A DNA stretch of 35,043 nucleotides, from positions 2,926,156 through 2,961,198 of the forward strand of contig NC_057757.1 in the NCBI RefSeq assembly GCF_004010195.1, read 5' to 3'. Positions 9,993 through 22,708 of the stretch are shown piece after piece (position 1 is the stretch's first letter; each line of letters begins with the position of its first letter). The notes beneath the pieces were generated by a model that was not told where the DNA came from, did no database searches, and worked only from the letters and a program-made list of their open reading frames with translations. The stretch comes from Chiloscyllium plagiosum (taxonomy: Eukaryota). A program made the translations under genes and the position numbers.

Positions 9993-12900
9993 ACACATGG
10001 ATAAGTGAGACGGGGATACAGGCACGGATTAGTGAGACAGGGTTTACAGACATGGATTAGTGAGACAGGGATTACAGACACGTATTTATGAGCGAGGGAT
10101 GCAGGCACGGATTAGTGAGACAGGAATTACAGAAACGGATTAGTGAGAGTGGGATTACAGGCACTGATTAGTGAGACAGGGCTACAGGCATGGATTAATG
10201 AGACAGGGATTACAGGCATGGATTAGGGAGACAGGGATACAGGCACTGATTAGTGATTCAGAGATTACAGGCATGGATTAGGGAGACAGGGAAACAGGAA
10301 TGGACTAGTGAGTGGGATTACAGGCATGGAATAGTGAGTCAGGGATACAGGCACGGATTAGTGAGACAGGAATTACAGGCACGGATTAGTGACACAGGGA
10401 TATAGGCACAGATTAGTGAGACAGGGATTACAGGCACATATTAGTGAGACGAGGATTACAGATATGGATTAATGAGATTGGGATACTGGCACGGATTAGT
10501 GAGACAGGAATTACAGGCACGGATGAGTGAGACACGGATACAGGCACGGATTAGTGAGACAAAGATTATAGGCATGGATTAGGGAGACAGGGATACAGGG
10601 ATACAGGCACAGATTAATGAGACAGGGATACAAACATGGATTAAGGAGACAGCAATTACAGACTCGGATTAGGGAGACAGGGATACAGGCACGGAGTAGG
10701 GAGACAGGAATTACACTCACGGATAAGTGAGACAGGAATACAGGCACGGAATAGGGAGACAGGAATAAGACACATGGATAAGTGAGACAGGGATACAGGC
10801 ATGGATAAGTGGGACAGGGATTACCGCCATGGATTAGTGAGACACAGACACAGGCACGGATTTGAGAGACAGGGATACAGGCACAGATTAGGGAGCCAGG
10901 AATTATAGATAAGGATTAGTGAGTCACAGATACAGGTACATATTAGTGAGACAAGGCACGGAGTAGTGAGACATGGATTACAGACACAGATTAGTAAAAC
11001 TGGAATTACTGACAGAGATTAGTGATACAGGGATTACAGGCACAGATTACGGAGACATGGATATAGGCATGGATTAGAGAGACAGGGACACAGACTCAGA
11101 TTAATGAGATGGGGATTACAGACATGGATTAGTGACACTGGGATACTGACATGGATGAGTGTGACAGCGATTACAGGCGTGGATTAGGGAGACAGGGATA
11201 CAGGCAAAGAATAGGGAGACAGGGATACAGGCAGAGATTATGGAGACAGGGATTAAGGACACGGATTACGGAGACAGGGATTACGGACACGGATTACGGA
11301 CACGGATTGGGAGACAGGGATTACACGCACAGATTAGTGAGACAGGGATACAGGCACAGATTAGTGAGGCAGGGGTACAGGCACGGATTAATGAGGCAGG
11401 GATACAGGCACGGATTAATGAGGCAGGGATACAGGCACGGATTAATGAGGCAGGGATGCAGGCACGGATTAGTCTGACATGGATACAGGCACGCATTAGT
11501 GAAACGGGATCACAGTCATGGATTAATGAGACAGGGATACAGGCATCGATTAGTGAGACTGGGAGTATAGACACAGATTAGTTAGACACAAATACAGACG
11601 TGGATTAGGGAGACAGGGATTACAAACACGGATTAAGGAGACAGGGATAAAGCACGGATTAGGGAGACAGTAATTAAGGACACGGATTAGGGAGACAGGG
11701 ATTATGGACATGGATTAGGGAGACAGGAATACAGGCACGGATTAGTGTGACAGGGATTGCAGGCACGGATTAGTCTGACATGAATACAGGCATGGATTAG
11801 CAAAACAGAGATTACAAACAGAGATTAAAGAGGCAGGGATACAGGCATGGATCAGTGAGACAGTGATACACACACGGATAAGTGACACAGGGATACAGGC
11901 ACAGATTATTTAGACAGGGACACAGACATGGATTAGTGAGTCAGGGATTACAGACACGGATTAGTGAGACAGGGATTACAGACACAGATTTGTGACACAG
12001 GGATACAGGCACGGATTAGAGAGACAGGGATACAGGCATGGGATTATTGAGAAATGGATACAGGCATGGATTATTGTGACAGGGATTACAGGCACGGATT
12101 AGTGAGAGAGGGATTACAGGCACGAATTAGCCTGACCTGGATACAGGCATGCATTGGTGAGACGGGGATTACAGACACAGATTAGTAAGACGGGGATACA
12201 GACACGGATTTGAGAGAGTGATGCAGGCACGGATTAGTGCAAAAGGGATTACAGGCTCAGATTAGTGAGACAAGGATACAGGCATGGATTAGCGAGACAG
12301 GGATACAGGCACGGATTAATGAGGCAGGGATACAGGCATGGATTAGTCTGACATGGATACAGGCACGCATTAGTGAAACGGGGATCACAGTCATGGATTA
12401 ATGAGGCAGGGATACAGGCATGGATTAATCTGACATGGATACAGGCACGCATTAGTGAAACGGGGATCACAGTCATGGATTAATGAGGCGGCATGGATTA
12501 GTCTGACATGGATACAGGCACGCATTAGTGAAACGGGGATCACAGTCATGGATTAGTGAGACATGGATACAGGCACGGATTAGTGAGACAGGGATTGCAG
12601 GCATGGATTAGTGAGACAGGGATTACAGGCACGGATTAGTGAGACAGGGATTACAGACATGGATTAGTGAGACAGGGATTACTGACACGGATTAGTGAGA
12701 CAGGGATTACAGGCATGGATTAGGGATACAGGGATACAGGCACAGATTAGAGAGACAGGGATTACAGACATGGATTTGAGAGACAGGGATACAGGAATGG
12801 ATTATTGAGAAATGGATACAGGCATGGATTATTGTGACAGGGATTACAAACACGGATTAGTGAGAGAGGGATTACAGGCACGAATTAGCCTGACCTGGAT

Positions 12901-15014
12901 AGAGGCATACATTGGTGAGACGGGGATTACAGGCACAGATTAATGAGACAGGGATACAGGCACGGATTGGGGAGACAGGGATTACAGGCACAGATTAATG
13001 AGACAGGGATACAGGCATGAATTATGGAGACAGGGATTAAGGACATGGATTAGGGAGACAGGTATTACGGACATGGATTAGTGACACAGGGATGACAGAC
13101 ACGGATTAGTGAGACAGGGATACAGGCACGGATTAGTGAAACGGGGATCACAGTCATGGATTAATGAGGCAGGGATACAGGCATGGATTAGTCTGACATG
13201 GATACAGGCACGCATTAGTGAAACGGGGATCACAGTCATGGATTAATGAGGCAGGGATACAGGCATGGATTAATCTGACATGGATACAGGCACGCATTAG
13301 TGAAACGGGGATCAGACAGGGATACAGGCACAGATTAATGAGACAGGGATACAGGCATGGATTAGGGAGACAGGGATTACTGACACGGATTAGGGAGACA
13401 GGGACATAGGCACAGATTAGGGACACAGGGATACAGGCACGGATTAGTCTGACATGGATACAGGTACGCAATAGCGAGACAGGGATACAGGCACAGATTA
13501 ATGGGACAGGGATACAGGCACGGATTAGTGAGACAGTGAGACAAACACGGATTAGTGAGACATGGATTACACAATGGATAAGTGAGACAGGAATACAGGC
13601 ATGGATTAGAGATACAGGGATACAGGCACGGATTAAAGAGACAGGGATTACAGACATGGATTATTGAGAAATGGATACAGGCATGGATTATTGTGACAGG
13701 GATTACAGACACAGATTAGTGAGAGAGGGATTACAGGCACGAATTAGCCTGACCTGGATAGAGGCATGCATTGGTGAGACGGAGATTACAGGCATAGATT
13801 AATGAGACAGGGATACAGGCACGGATTGGGGAGACAGGGATTACAGGCACAGGTTAGTGACACTGGGATACAGGCACGGATTCGTGAGACATGGACACAG
13901 ATGTGGTTTATTGAGACAGGGACACAGGCACAGATTAGTGAGACAGGGATTACAGACACGGATTTGTTAGAGAGTGATGCAGGCCCGAATTAGTGCGACA
14001 GGGATTACAGGCTCAGATTAGTGAGACAGGAATACAGGTATGGATTAGTGAGACAGAGATTGCAGGCACGGATTAGTGAGACAGGGATACAGACACGGAT
14101 TAGTGAGACAGGGATACAGGCACGGATTAGTGAAATAGGGTTTGCAGAATGGATTAGTGAGACACAGATACAGACACGGATTAGGCAAACGGGGATTACA
14201 GACACAAATGAGTGAAATATGGATACAAGCACAAAATAGGGAAACTGTGATACAGGCACGGATTAGGGAGACAGGAATTACACACACGGATAAGTGAGAC
14301 AGGGATACAGGCATGGATTAGAGAGACACAGACACAGGCACGGATTAGTGAGACAGGGATACAGGCACAGTTTAGGGAGCCAGGAATTATAGATAAGGAT
14401 TAGTGAGTCACAGATACAGGTACATATTAGTGAGACAAGGATACAGGCACGGAGTAGTGAGACAGGGATTACAGACACGGATTAGGGAGACGGGATACAG
14501 GCATGGATTAGCGAGACAGGGATACAGGCACGGATTAATGAGATAGGGATACAGGCATGGATTAGTCTGACATGGATACAGGCACGCATTAGTGAAACGG
14601 GGATCACAGTCATGGATTAATGAGACAGGGATACAGGGACGGATTAGGGAGACTGGGATTACAGACACAGATTAGTTAGACACAAATACAGGCATGGATT
14701 AGGGAGACAGTGATTAAAGACACGGATTAGGGAGACAGGGATACAGGCACGGATTAGGGAGACAGGGATACAGACACAGATTAGGGAGACTGGGATTACG
14801 GACATGGATTAGGGAGACAGGGATTACGGATATGGATTAGGGAGACAGGGATACAGACATGGATTAGGGAGACAGGGATTATGGACACGGATTAGGGAGA
14901 CAGGGATACAGACATGGATTAGGGAGACAGGGATTACGGACACGGATTAGGGTGACAGGGATACAGACATGGATTAGAGAGACAGGGATACAGACACAGA
15001 TTAGGGAGACAGGG
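9993..15014. repeat. Minisatellite/satellite, 27-28 bp unit GGATTAGTGAGACAGGGAT(T)ACAGGCAC, about 180 diverged copies
   Basis: Continuous tandem array with recurrent variant blocks. Confidence 0.97.
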
Positions 15015-15534
15015 CACCTCAGCCAGTCAGACTGTCACCCAGGCAGTTAAACGCACACAGAGAGAGGACAGAGAGATGAACAAGCTCAAACCCACACAGA
15101 TCCCAGTGAGATTCAAACTAGAACAAATGTGAAAGATGGACAGGTTCTCTGCTGACAGACTCTGTCTGATTCAGACAGCTTCAAGACTCTTTTAACTTTA
15201 TACATCATGTCTCATCTCAAATGCGTCAGAGAACTGCCTGTGATGTATTTTTTAACACCGTTTAACAATGCGCTCTGGTCTCCATAGATACCATAACTCG
15301 GAGTTGTTTCTTTAGTCTGGCAATCTGATTCCATTTGATGGTTTACACGGACACCCACAAATAACTGGGAAGCTGCCAGAGTAACAACTCAACACCCTCA
15401 CTGAACACAACCAGGCCAAATATCCCACACGGGGAATTCAACAACGTGGCACATGGCTCTCAGGCCGTCCCTCAGGGACATGGCAATGGATGGTTATTCT
15501 GCCAAGCCTTCTGTCAGTGCCTGTATGATCCAAG

Positions 15535-16735
15535 TAACTCTCCCTCTACACCGCCCCCATCGAACCCTCCAAGGACAGGGACAGTACAGGGTTGGATACA
15601 TAGTAAAGCTCCCTCTACACCGTCCCCATCGAACACTCCCAGGGGCAGGGACAGCACGGGGTTAGATACAGAGTAAAGCTCCATCTACACCGTCCCCATC
15701 GAACACCCCCAGGACAGGGACAGTACAGGGTTAGATACAGAGTAAAGCTCCCTCTACACCGTCCCCATCGAACCCTCCCAGCACAGGGACAGCACGGGGT
15801 TAGATACAGAGTAAAGCTCCCTCTACACCGTCCCCATCGAACACTCCCAGGGGCAGGGACAGCACGGGGTTAGATACAGAGTAAAGCTCCCTCTACATTG
15901 TCCCCCATCGAACACCCCCAGGACAGGGACAGTACAGGGTTAGATACAGAGTAAAGCTCCCTTTACACCGTCCCCCATCGAACTCCCGCAGGGGCAGGGA
16001 CAGTACAGGGTTAGATACAGACTAAAGCTCCCTCTACACCATCCCCTTCGAACCCTCCCAGGACAGGGACAGCACGGGGTTAGACACAGAGTAAAGCTCC
16101 CTCTACACCGTCCCCATCGAACCCTCCCAGCACAGGGACAGCACAGGGTTAGATACAGAGTAAAGCTCCCTCTACACTGTCCCCATCAAACACTCCCACG
16201 GACAGGGACAGCACAGGGTTAGATACAGAGTAAAGCTTCCTCTACCCTGTCCCCATTGAACACTCCCAGGACAGGGACAGCATGGGGTTAGATACAGAGT
16301 AAAGCTCCCTCTACACCGTCCCCATTGAACCCTCCCAGGACAGGGACAGCATGGGGTTAGATACAGAGTAAAGCTCCCTCTACACTGTCCCCCATCAAAC
16401 ACTCCCAGGACAGGGATAGCACAGGGTTAGATACAGAGTAAAGGTCCCTCTACACTGTCCCCATCAAACACTCCCACGGACAGGGACAGCCCAGGGTTAG
16501 ATACAGAGTAAAGCTTCCTCTACCCTGTCCCCATTGAACACTCCCAGGACAGGGACAGCACGGTGTTAGATACAGAGTAAAGCTCCCTCTACACTGTCCC
16601 CCATCAGACACTCCGAGGGACAGGAACAGCACAGGGTTAGATACAGAGTAAAGCTCCCTCTACACTGTCCCCATCGAACACCCCCAGCACAGGGACAGCA
16701 CGGGGTTAGATACAGAGTAAAGACTATTCTACCCT
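15535..16735. repeat. Minisatellite, 69-70 bp unit, about 17 copies
   Basis: AGTAAAGCTCCCTCTACACCGTCCCCATCGAACACTCCCAGGACAGGGACAGCACGGGGTTAGATACAG recurs at 15602, 15672, 15741, 15810 etc. Confidence 0.97.
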
Positions 16736-17234
16736 GCCCTATGAAATGACTCCGTCTCCATCCTGATTATATATTACAATGACGTCTTTTCCTTTCTTCA
16801 TGGTAACCTTTCAGATGACTGATCTGGGTTAATGTGAAAGACATCCGAATGTACTGTTTGAAAAACTGGAAAACGTTGAAGTGGTTGACACGTTCTGGTT
16901 TGGTGAGGGTGTTACTGAGTAACAAGGTGAGCAGCTTCATGCGGGCTCTTACCCACCTCCTGGTCACAGAAAGGCAAACAACTTTGGAAAAAGAACTAAG
17001 CAAAGCTTCCGACGTGCTCTGAGATAGGGATTATTGCTTTTGTTGGAACACCCAATTTGAGGAGACTGGGGGCCCACAACCAGAGATTGCTTGGCAACTC
17101 TCGTTAGTTTTAGTTTCTGTTTCTTCACACCTCTCATTGGTTTTAGTTTCTGTTTCAAAAATGTGGAGAGTCAAAGGGAGGAGAAAACTTGTAAGTTGTA
17201 ATCAGGCTGTAAGTCCTTGTCCCCCTCTCTTCAA

Positions 17235-17925
17235 ATCCCCTACTATCAACATCCTGGGGGTTACCATTGACCAGAAACTCAACTGGACTCACCACATAAA
17301 CACGGTGGTTACAAGAGCAGGTCAGAGACTAGGGATACTGCAGTGGGTAACTCACCTCCTGACTCCCCAAAGCCTGTCCACCATCTCCAAGGCACAAGTC
17401 AGGAGTGTGATGGAATACTCCCCACTTGCCCTGGATGGGGGCAGCTCCAACAACATTCAAGAAGCTTGACACCATCCAGGACAAAGCAGCCCATGCTTGA
17501 TTGACACCACATCCACAAACATCCCCTCCCTCCACCACCGACACTCAGTAGCAGCAGTATGTACCATCTACAAGCCGTCTGCACTGCAGAATTTCACCAA
17601 AGATCCTCAGGCAGCACCTTCCAAACCCACAACTTCCATCTAGAAGGACAAGGGCAGCAGATACATGGGAACATCATCCCCTGCAAGTTCCCCATCAAGC
17701 CTCTCACCATCCCCACTTGGAAATATATCGCCGTTCCTTCAGTGTCACTGGGTCAGAATTCTGAAATTCTCTCCCTCAGGGCATTGCGGGTCTAACAACA
17801 GCACATGGACTGCAGCGGTTCAAGAAGGCAGCTCACCCCCACCTTCTCAAGGGGCAACTAGAGACGGGCAGGAAATGCTGGCCCAGCCAGCGATGCCCAC
17901 ATTCCATGAAGGAATATTTAAAAAA
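17235..17925 (+). mobile_element. LINE (CR1/L2 superclade) 3' fragment
   Basis: INILGVTIDQKLNWTHHINTVVTRAGQRLGIL...KAQVRSVMEYSP thumb-region motifs; 3' tail also seen at 22415-22670, about 27990-28115 and 33600-33830. Confidence 0.85.
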
Positions 17926-18039
17926 GGATTATTTGGGAAGCTGAGAAACCTTCTCCATCCCAGCTGCTCTGCAACGAAACAAGCACCATGCGTGTGCACC
18001 ATCCTTGCGATGATACAATGAAAACTTGTAGACACTGTC

Positions 18040-18270
18040 AGTTTCCACTTAACAAACCTGCCTGCTTTATCACTTAAAGTCTGGCAGTTAACTGTCAATC
18101 AGCATCAATGAGTGCTTTCTCCATGGCAACACTTCCACCAATCAGATCCTACTCACCAATCAGCACACAGTATAAAAATAGGTTTTGCTCATGAATTGAT
18201 ATTCTTGTGAAATGTCCTGATCAGTGCAAGATTAAATGTTTCCTTAAACGGCATTTTTTTCAGCAAAATG
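18040..18270 (+). mobile_element. Probable decayed Penelope-like terminal repeat
   Basis: CCATGGCAAC, two CCAATCAG, TATAAAA, then a degenerate CTGATCA...hammerhead-like remnant near 18217; assignment from recall. Confidence 0.4.
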
Positions 18271-19029
18271 TGGGTTTTTTTTTGTGTATGACTCTGTATA
18301 TCTCAGTATCTTAATTACCTTGTATACTGTGAAAAACTGGCCTGTCCCTTTGCAAAGGGACAGCTTGAATTTCATTCAATCAAAGTTCAACTCAAAGTCT
18401 AGAACTGTCCACAATTCGATTTTGTCAACAAGAAATCTGATGGACTGTTGATTAAATTCTATCTTTTACTTTAAAGACATTTGGCCGATGAGAGTGGGGG
18501 TCTCTCATGCCTGTTGAAAATATCATCTCTGCAGATGTTGTTTTTGTTTTGTGTGTGTTTCAAGATTAAAAAGGGATTTTGCTCCAATTACAGTTTACTT
18601 GTTAAACAGTGTTGCTGCTTGTTTTTAGAAATATGTTTTGTTTTATAGTGAATTGGTTATTTTTGAGAAACCCAGGAATCTGTTCTTGATGGTGAGCAGC
18701 AGTAAAGAGGGGAACACTTGGCCATTTTGGTGGTGATCTCTACTTGTTGCGGACTGTCATTGATTATCAGAGACTGGTTAACAGTGCAATCCCCTCCCAT
18801 CACAGTCATCAGAAACGCTCCTGTGGAATCTACTGGGGGCAGATTTCCAAGCTGTGGACAATCCCATCAGGTAGAAAGGTGTGACCCTCCTCTCTGTCAG
18901 CCTGGCCTGGACTGAGAGGCAGCGTCCTGACCTATCCATTGAATATCCATCCCTGCAGCCTTGAAACTCCCTTTCCACTATGTACCTGGGATGACACACA
19001 CCAAGCTTGGAGATTAATGGGAGATTGGA

Positions 19030-19362
19030 CCAACTGAGGCTGTTTTCATTGGAGAGAAGAAGGTTGAGAGGTGGCTTAATTGAGACATAGAAGATAATCA
19101 GAGGGTTAGATAGGGTGGACAGTGAGAGCCTTTTTCCTTGGATGGTGACGGCTAGCACAAGGGGACATAGCTTTAAATTGAGGAGTGATAGACACAGGAC
19201 AGATATCAGGGGTAGGTGCTTTACTCAGAAATGTTTACTGGATAGGCATATGGACGAGAATGGGATAGTGTAGGTTAGATGGGCTTCAAATTGGTTCCTC
19301 AGGTCAGCACAACATTGAGGGCCGAAGGGCCCGTACTGTGCCGGAATGTTCTACCGTTCTGT
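19030..19362 (+). mobile_element. CR1-type LINE 3' fragment with internal deletion
   Basis: LRLFSLERRRLRGGLIET..IIRGLDRVD; same subfamily as 449-885. Confidence 0.85.
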
Positions 19363-20519
19363 AAGTGCAGGAGAAGCAGCAAGAAGAGCAAATGTACCTT
19401 TTATAGATCATGCAAACATACAAATTACTCTCCGGATAAAACAGGCATTGGAACATAGAAAGGCCTGTTATTCAATAGTGACTGATGCGACTGTGGTCCT
19501 GGGGCCCGTGCTGCGTCACACACAGCTCTGTCACTGATTTGTCTGGTTAATGCTGTCGGAGATTTTCAACTTTCAGTTTGGTGTTTCTGAAACTTATCAA
19601 TCAATAACGTGTCGTGTTGTTGCTACGGTGACAGTGCGGTAAAGCTGCTGTGTGATTGGATGAGGAACAGCCAAGGGTGGGTGGTGGGGTGGGGTGGAGG
19701 GTGGTAGAGCTGCCCCACTTGGAGGGTGGGAGATGTGGAAAACACCCTCCAAGACCACACCTTCGCCCACCCATTATCTTTCTGCAACCTCCTCATGTCC
19801 CAAGTCATTGTTATAAATTACAAACCGTTGAGGTCCTAGCACCGACTCCTGTGGCACTCCACTTATTACATCTTACTGCCCAAGGAAAATCCACTTACAT
19901 GTGCCCTCTGCTTTCTGTTAGCCAGTCAATCCTCTGTCCATGCCAGATTAATGCCCAGTGGTTTTGGGTGAGGGGTAGAAACAGATCCCAGGGATCAGGT
20001 GGAATCATGTTGCAGTGTGATGCAGGCTCTTTCCCGCCCAGCTGAGAAATCTCACACCTCACCCAAACAGCAGCCACTTTGGAGAGAGTGTTCCCCCACC
20101 CCCAGGGAGTGTGCACCTGGACTGGGCCTTCACTCTAACTCTCTGCTGAGCTGTGACAGCAGTGGGCCTGCTACTGAACGATACAGTGCTGGAGATCAGG
20201 AGGCTGACCCTGTGGTCTGAGTTCTCCAATGTCTCTGTGTCAGTAAGTGTGGTCAGAGAACAGCAACAGCCCTTCATGCAATCTCTGAGTATGGTAATAC
20301 CCACTCACAGCGCTGCAGCCCTTTGTCTTGCTGATGTATACCTGAAAGTACAGTAATAAGGGCAGCTTTAGAAAGCAGTTTTCACCCAGCCAGCTGACAC
20401 AGATCGATCAGTAGGAGATGCTGAGGAATTTGGTCAAATGTGACTGACAGTGGGGCAGAGTCAGCCTGGGTACTGCCCAGTCAGTCACCACCAGAATCTC
20501 AACAGTGTCCCAAATAGGG

Positions 20520-21377
20520 ACACTCAACACTGGAGCCCCCCAGGGGTGCGTACTCAGCCCCCAACTGTACTCACTGTATACCCATGACTGCGTCACCAAA
20601 TGCCAGACTAATGCCATTTACAAATTCGCTGATGACACCACCATAGTTGGTCGAATCTCAGATGGCAATGAAACAGACTACAGACGGGAGGTGGAAGACC
20701 TGGAAAAATGGTGCACTGAGAACAACCGAGCTCTCAATGCTGGCAAAACCACCTGGGAGTGGTCATCCACAACAAGCTTTCTTGGACTCTTCATGTGGAC
20801 CCACTGGTTACAAAGGCCCAACAATGTCTCTTCTTCCTCAGGCAGCTGAGGAAATTTGGCATGAGAGCAAATTCCCTTGCCAACTTTTATAGGTGCACCA
20901 TCGAGAGCATTCTGTCTGGATGTATCAGTACCTGGTATGGCAACTGTACCATTCAAGATCGGAGATGGTTACAGAGAGTGGTGAACTCGGCCCGGATGAT
21001 CACAAAGGCCAACCTCCCATCTATAGAATCCATCTACCGGGCTCGCTGTCAAGGAAAGGCCGCCAGCATTCTCTAAGATCCATCCCGTCCTGGCAATGCT
21101 TTTCTACAACCTCTACCACCGGGGAGAAGGTACAGAAACCTGAACACACGCACCAGCCGGTTTCAGAACAGTTTCTACCCTCCTGTTGTTAGAATTCCGA
21201 GTGGACTCTCAAACTCTTAACATTCGCCTGTACCTGTGGTTTTGTTGTTGCTGCTGTTCACCTAGTATTTACTATCTATGTTACTTAACTCTGTGATCTG
21301 CCTGTATTGCTCGCAAGACAAAGCTTTTCGCTGTGCCTCAGTACACGGGACAATAAACTCAATTCAATTCAATTCAA
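20520..21377 (+). mobile_element. Rex1/Babar-type LINE 3' fragment
   Basis: NTGAPQGCVLSPQLYSLYTHDC...KFADDTTIVGRI; KAQQCLFFLRQLRKF..FYRCTIESILSGCISTWYGN; ends AATAAA + (AATTC)n. Confidence 0.85.
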
Positions 21378-21517
21378 CACCATTGACCTAATCACAGGGC
21401 GCGGAGCTGTGCTGATCTCATTCCGAACGGGAAAGGAGTGGTGACACACCCACTAAAGGACACAAGAGGATCACTCAGCCCCTCCAAATAGTGTCTGCAC
21501 AGTTTGCACCCATTCTC

Positions 21518-21718
21518 CAAAATGGAGAAAATGCTGGAAAATCTCAGCAGGTCTGACAGCATCTGTAAGGAGAGAAAAGAGCCGACGTTTCGAGTCTAAC
21601 TGACCCTTTTTTTTTAGTTTTGACAAAGAGTCAGTTAGACTCGAAACGTCAACTCTTTTCTCTCCTTACAGATGCTGCCAGACCTGCTGAGATTTTCCAG
21701 CATTTTCTCTTTATTTGG
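21518..21718. mobile_element. Palindromic (head-to-head) Penelope-like pLTR insertion with 14-bp TSD (family D)
   Basis: Arms 21525-21606 and 21628-21709 are inverted with 4 mismatches; TTGCACCCATTCTC at 21504-21517 and 21719-21732. Confidence 0.85.
21616..21654 (+). ncRNA. Hammerhead ribozyme motif, U3-A8 core variant
   Basis: AGTT-TTGACAA-A-GAGTC-AGTTA-GACTC-GAA-ACGT-C-AACT: perfect 4-bp stem I, perfect 5-bp stem II, GUC site. Confidence 0.65.
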
Positions 21719-22414
21719 TTGCACCCATTCTCACTGCGCTGAAGGCTGGGGTGCCGAGGTTGGGGACAGAGAGTTCGGCACCAGCACTACCTCCTCATCG
21801 CTGTCCAAGTGCTAAAAGCGAGAGAGAGTGAGGAGCATGGGGGGGGGAAGCCGAGGGTGGGAACCAGTCTGGTCTCACCAGCTCCTGAACCCTGTGCACT
21901 ATCGCTGTGTGTGTCTCCCTCCTCCCCATCTGCACGCTGTCACTCCTGGAGGCTCACCATCAGGTAGTGAGCGAGGGGAAGCTCTGACAGGCGCGAACAT
22001 CAGGACTGAGTGAAGGAAGGCAGCTGGTTAATGAGCTGAGCCAGATGGATCTCTGCCCAGTGCCCTGGTGCACCAGCACTCAGTCCTCTCAGTGTGAAAG
22101 GCAGGAGCTCAGATTTCTAATGAAGAGGTGCTGAGCATTAAACACCGAGTGATAATTGCTCAAATTTCACCAGCACCAGGTAGCGGGATAAATATTTGAT
22201 TAAACAAAAAGGTTATGCAGAGCAAGTGGAGAGTAAAAATAGATGAATGCTTCTTGGAAATGCTTCTCGTTTACTGTACTCACTGTGACCGTTCATAGCA
22301 TTGCTTCATTCCATGTATAGACCTCTGTCAAAAGGCAGCCTTACAGTTACATTAACACCACATACAAGCTCAGGACATTCCAAATGGCTCTCCAGCTCAT
22401 TCAACAGTTGTTTC

Positions 22415-22670
22415 TTTTATTTGGTCACAGGGCCCCGGCTTCACTGTCTGCCCGTCACTAGTTGCCCCTTGAGCAGGTGGGGCTGAGCTGACTCCTTAAA
22501 CCCACTGCAGTCCATGTGCTGTGGGTAGACCCAGAATGCCCTTCGGGAGGGGATTCTCAGCGACTGTGCAAGAACTGCGATATACTTCCAAATCAGGGTG
22601 GGGAATGGATTGCAGGGGAACTTGCAGGGGCTGGTGTCCCCATGTACCCACAGCCCTTGCCCTTCTGGGT
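22415..22670 (-). mobile_element. LINE 3' tail (same family as 17235-17925)
   Basis: Reverse-complement similarity, e.g. CCCGTCACTAGTTGCCCCTTGAG...CTGCAGTCCATGTGCTGT. Confidence 0.75.
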
Positions 22671-22708
22671 GAAATGTGTAAAGCAGACTCCATTAAACAT
22701 CATTCTGA

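Noticed and set aside
9383..10108. Long ORFs of 180-241 aa
   Set aside because: Artefacts of reading through N runs.
10511..14668. Cys-rich or RQGYRHGL repeat ORFs
   Set aside because: Satellite translation with frequent frameshifts and stops.
14690..15010. Interstitial telomere
   Set aside because: TTAGGG occurs once per 27-bp unit, not as tandem hexamers.
15385..15528. Hydrophobic C-terminus WQWMVILPSLLSVPV* as a GPI signal
   Set aside because: No phase-1 acceptor found in that frame, and a stop lies immediately upstream.
18120..18180. CCAAT boxes + TATA as a host gene promoter
   Set aside because: Appears to lie within a decayed repeat end, and no downstream exon was identified.
18718..18915. 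Hydrophobic LAILVVISTCCGLSLII as a TM exon
   Set aside because: In-frame TAA at 18703 and no convincing acceptor between it and the segment.
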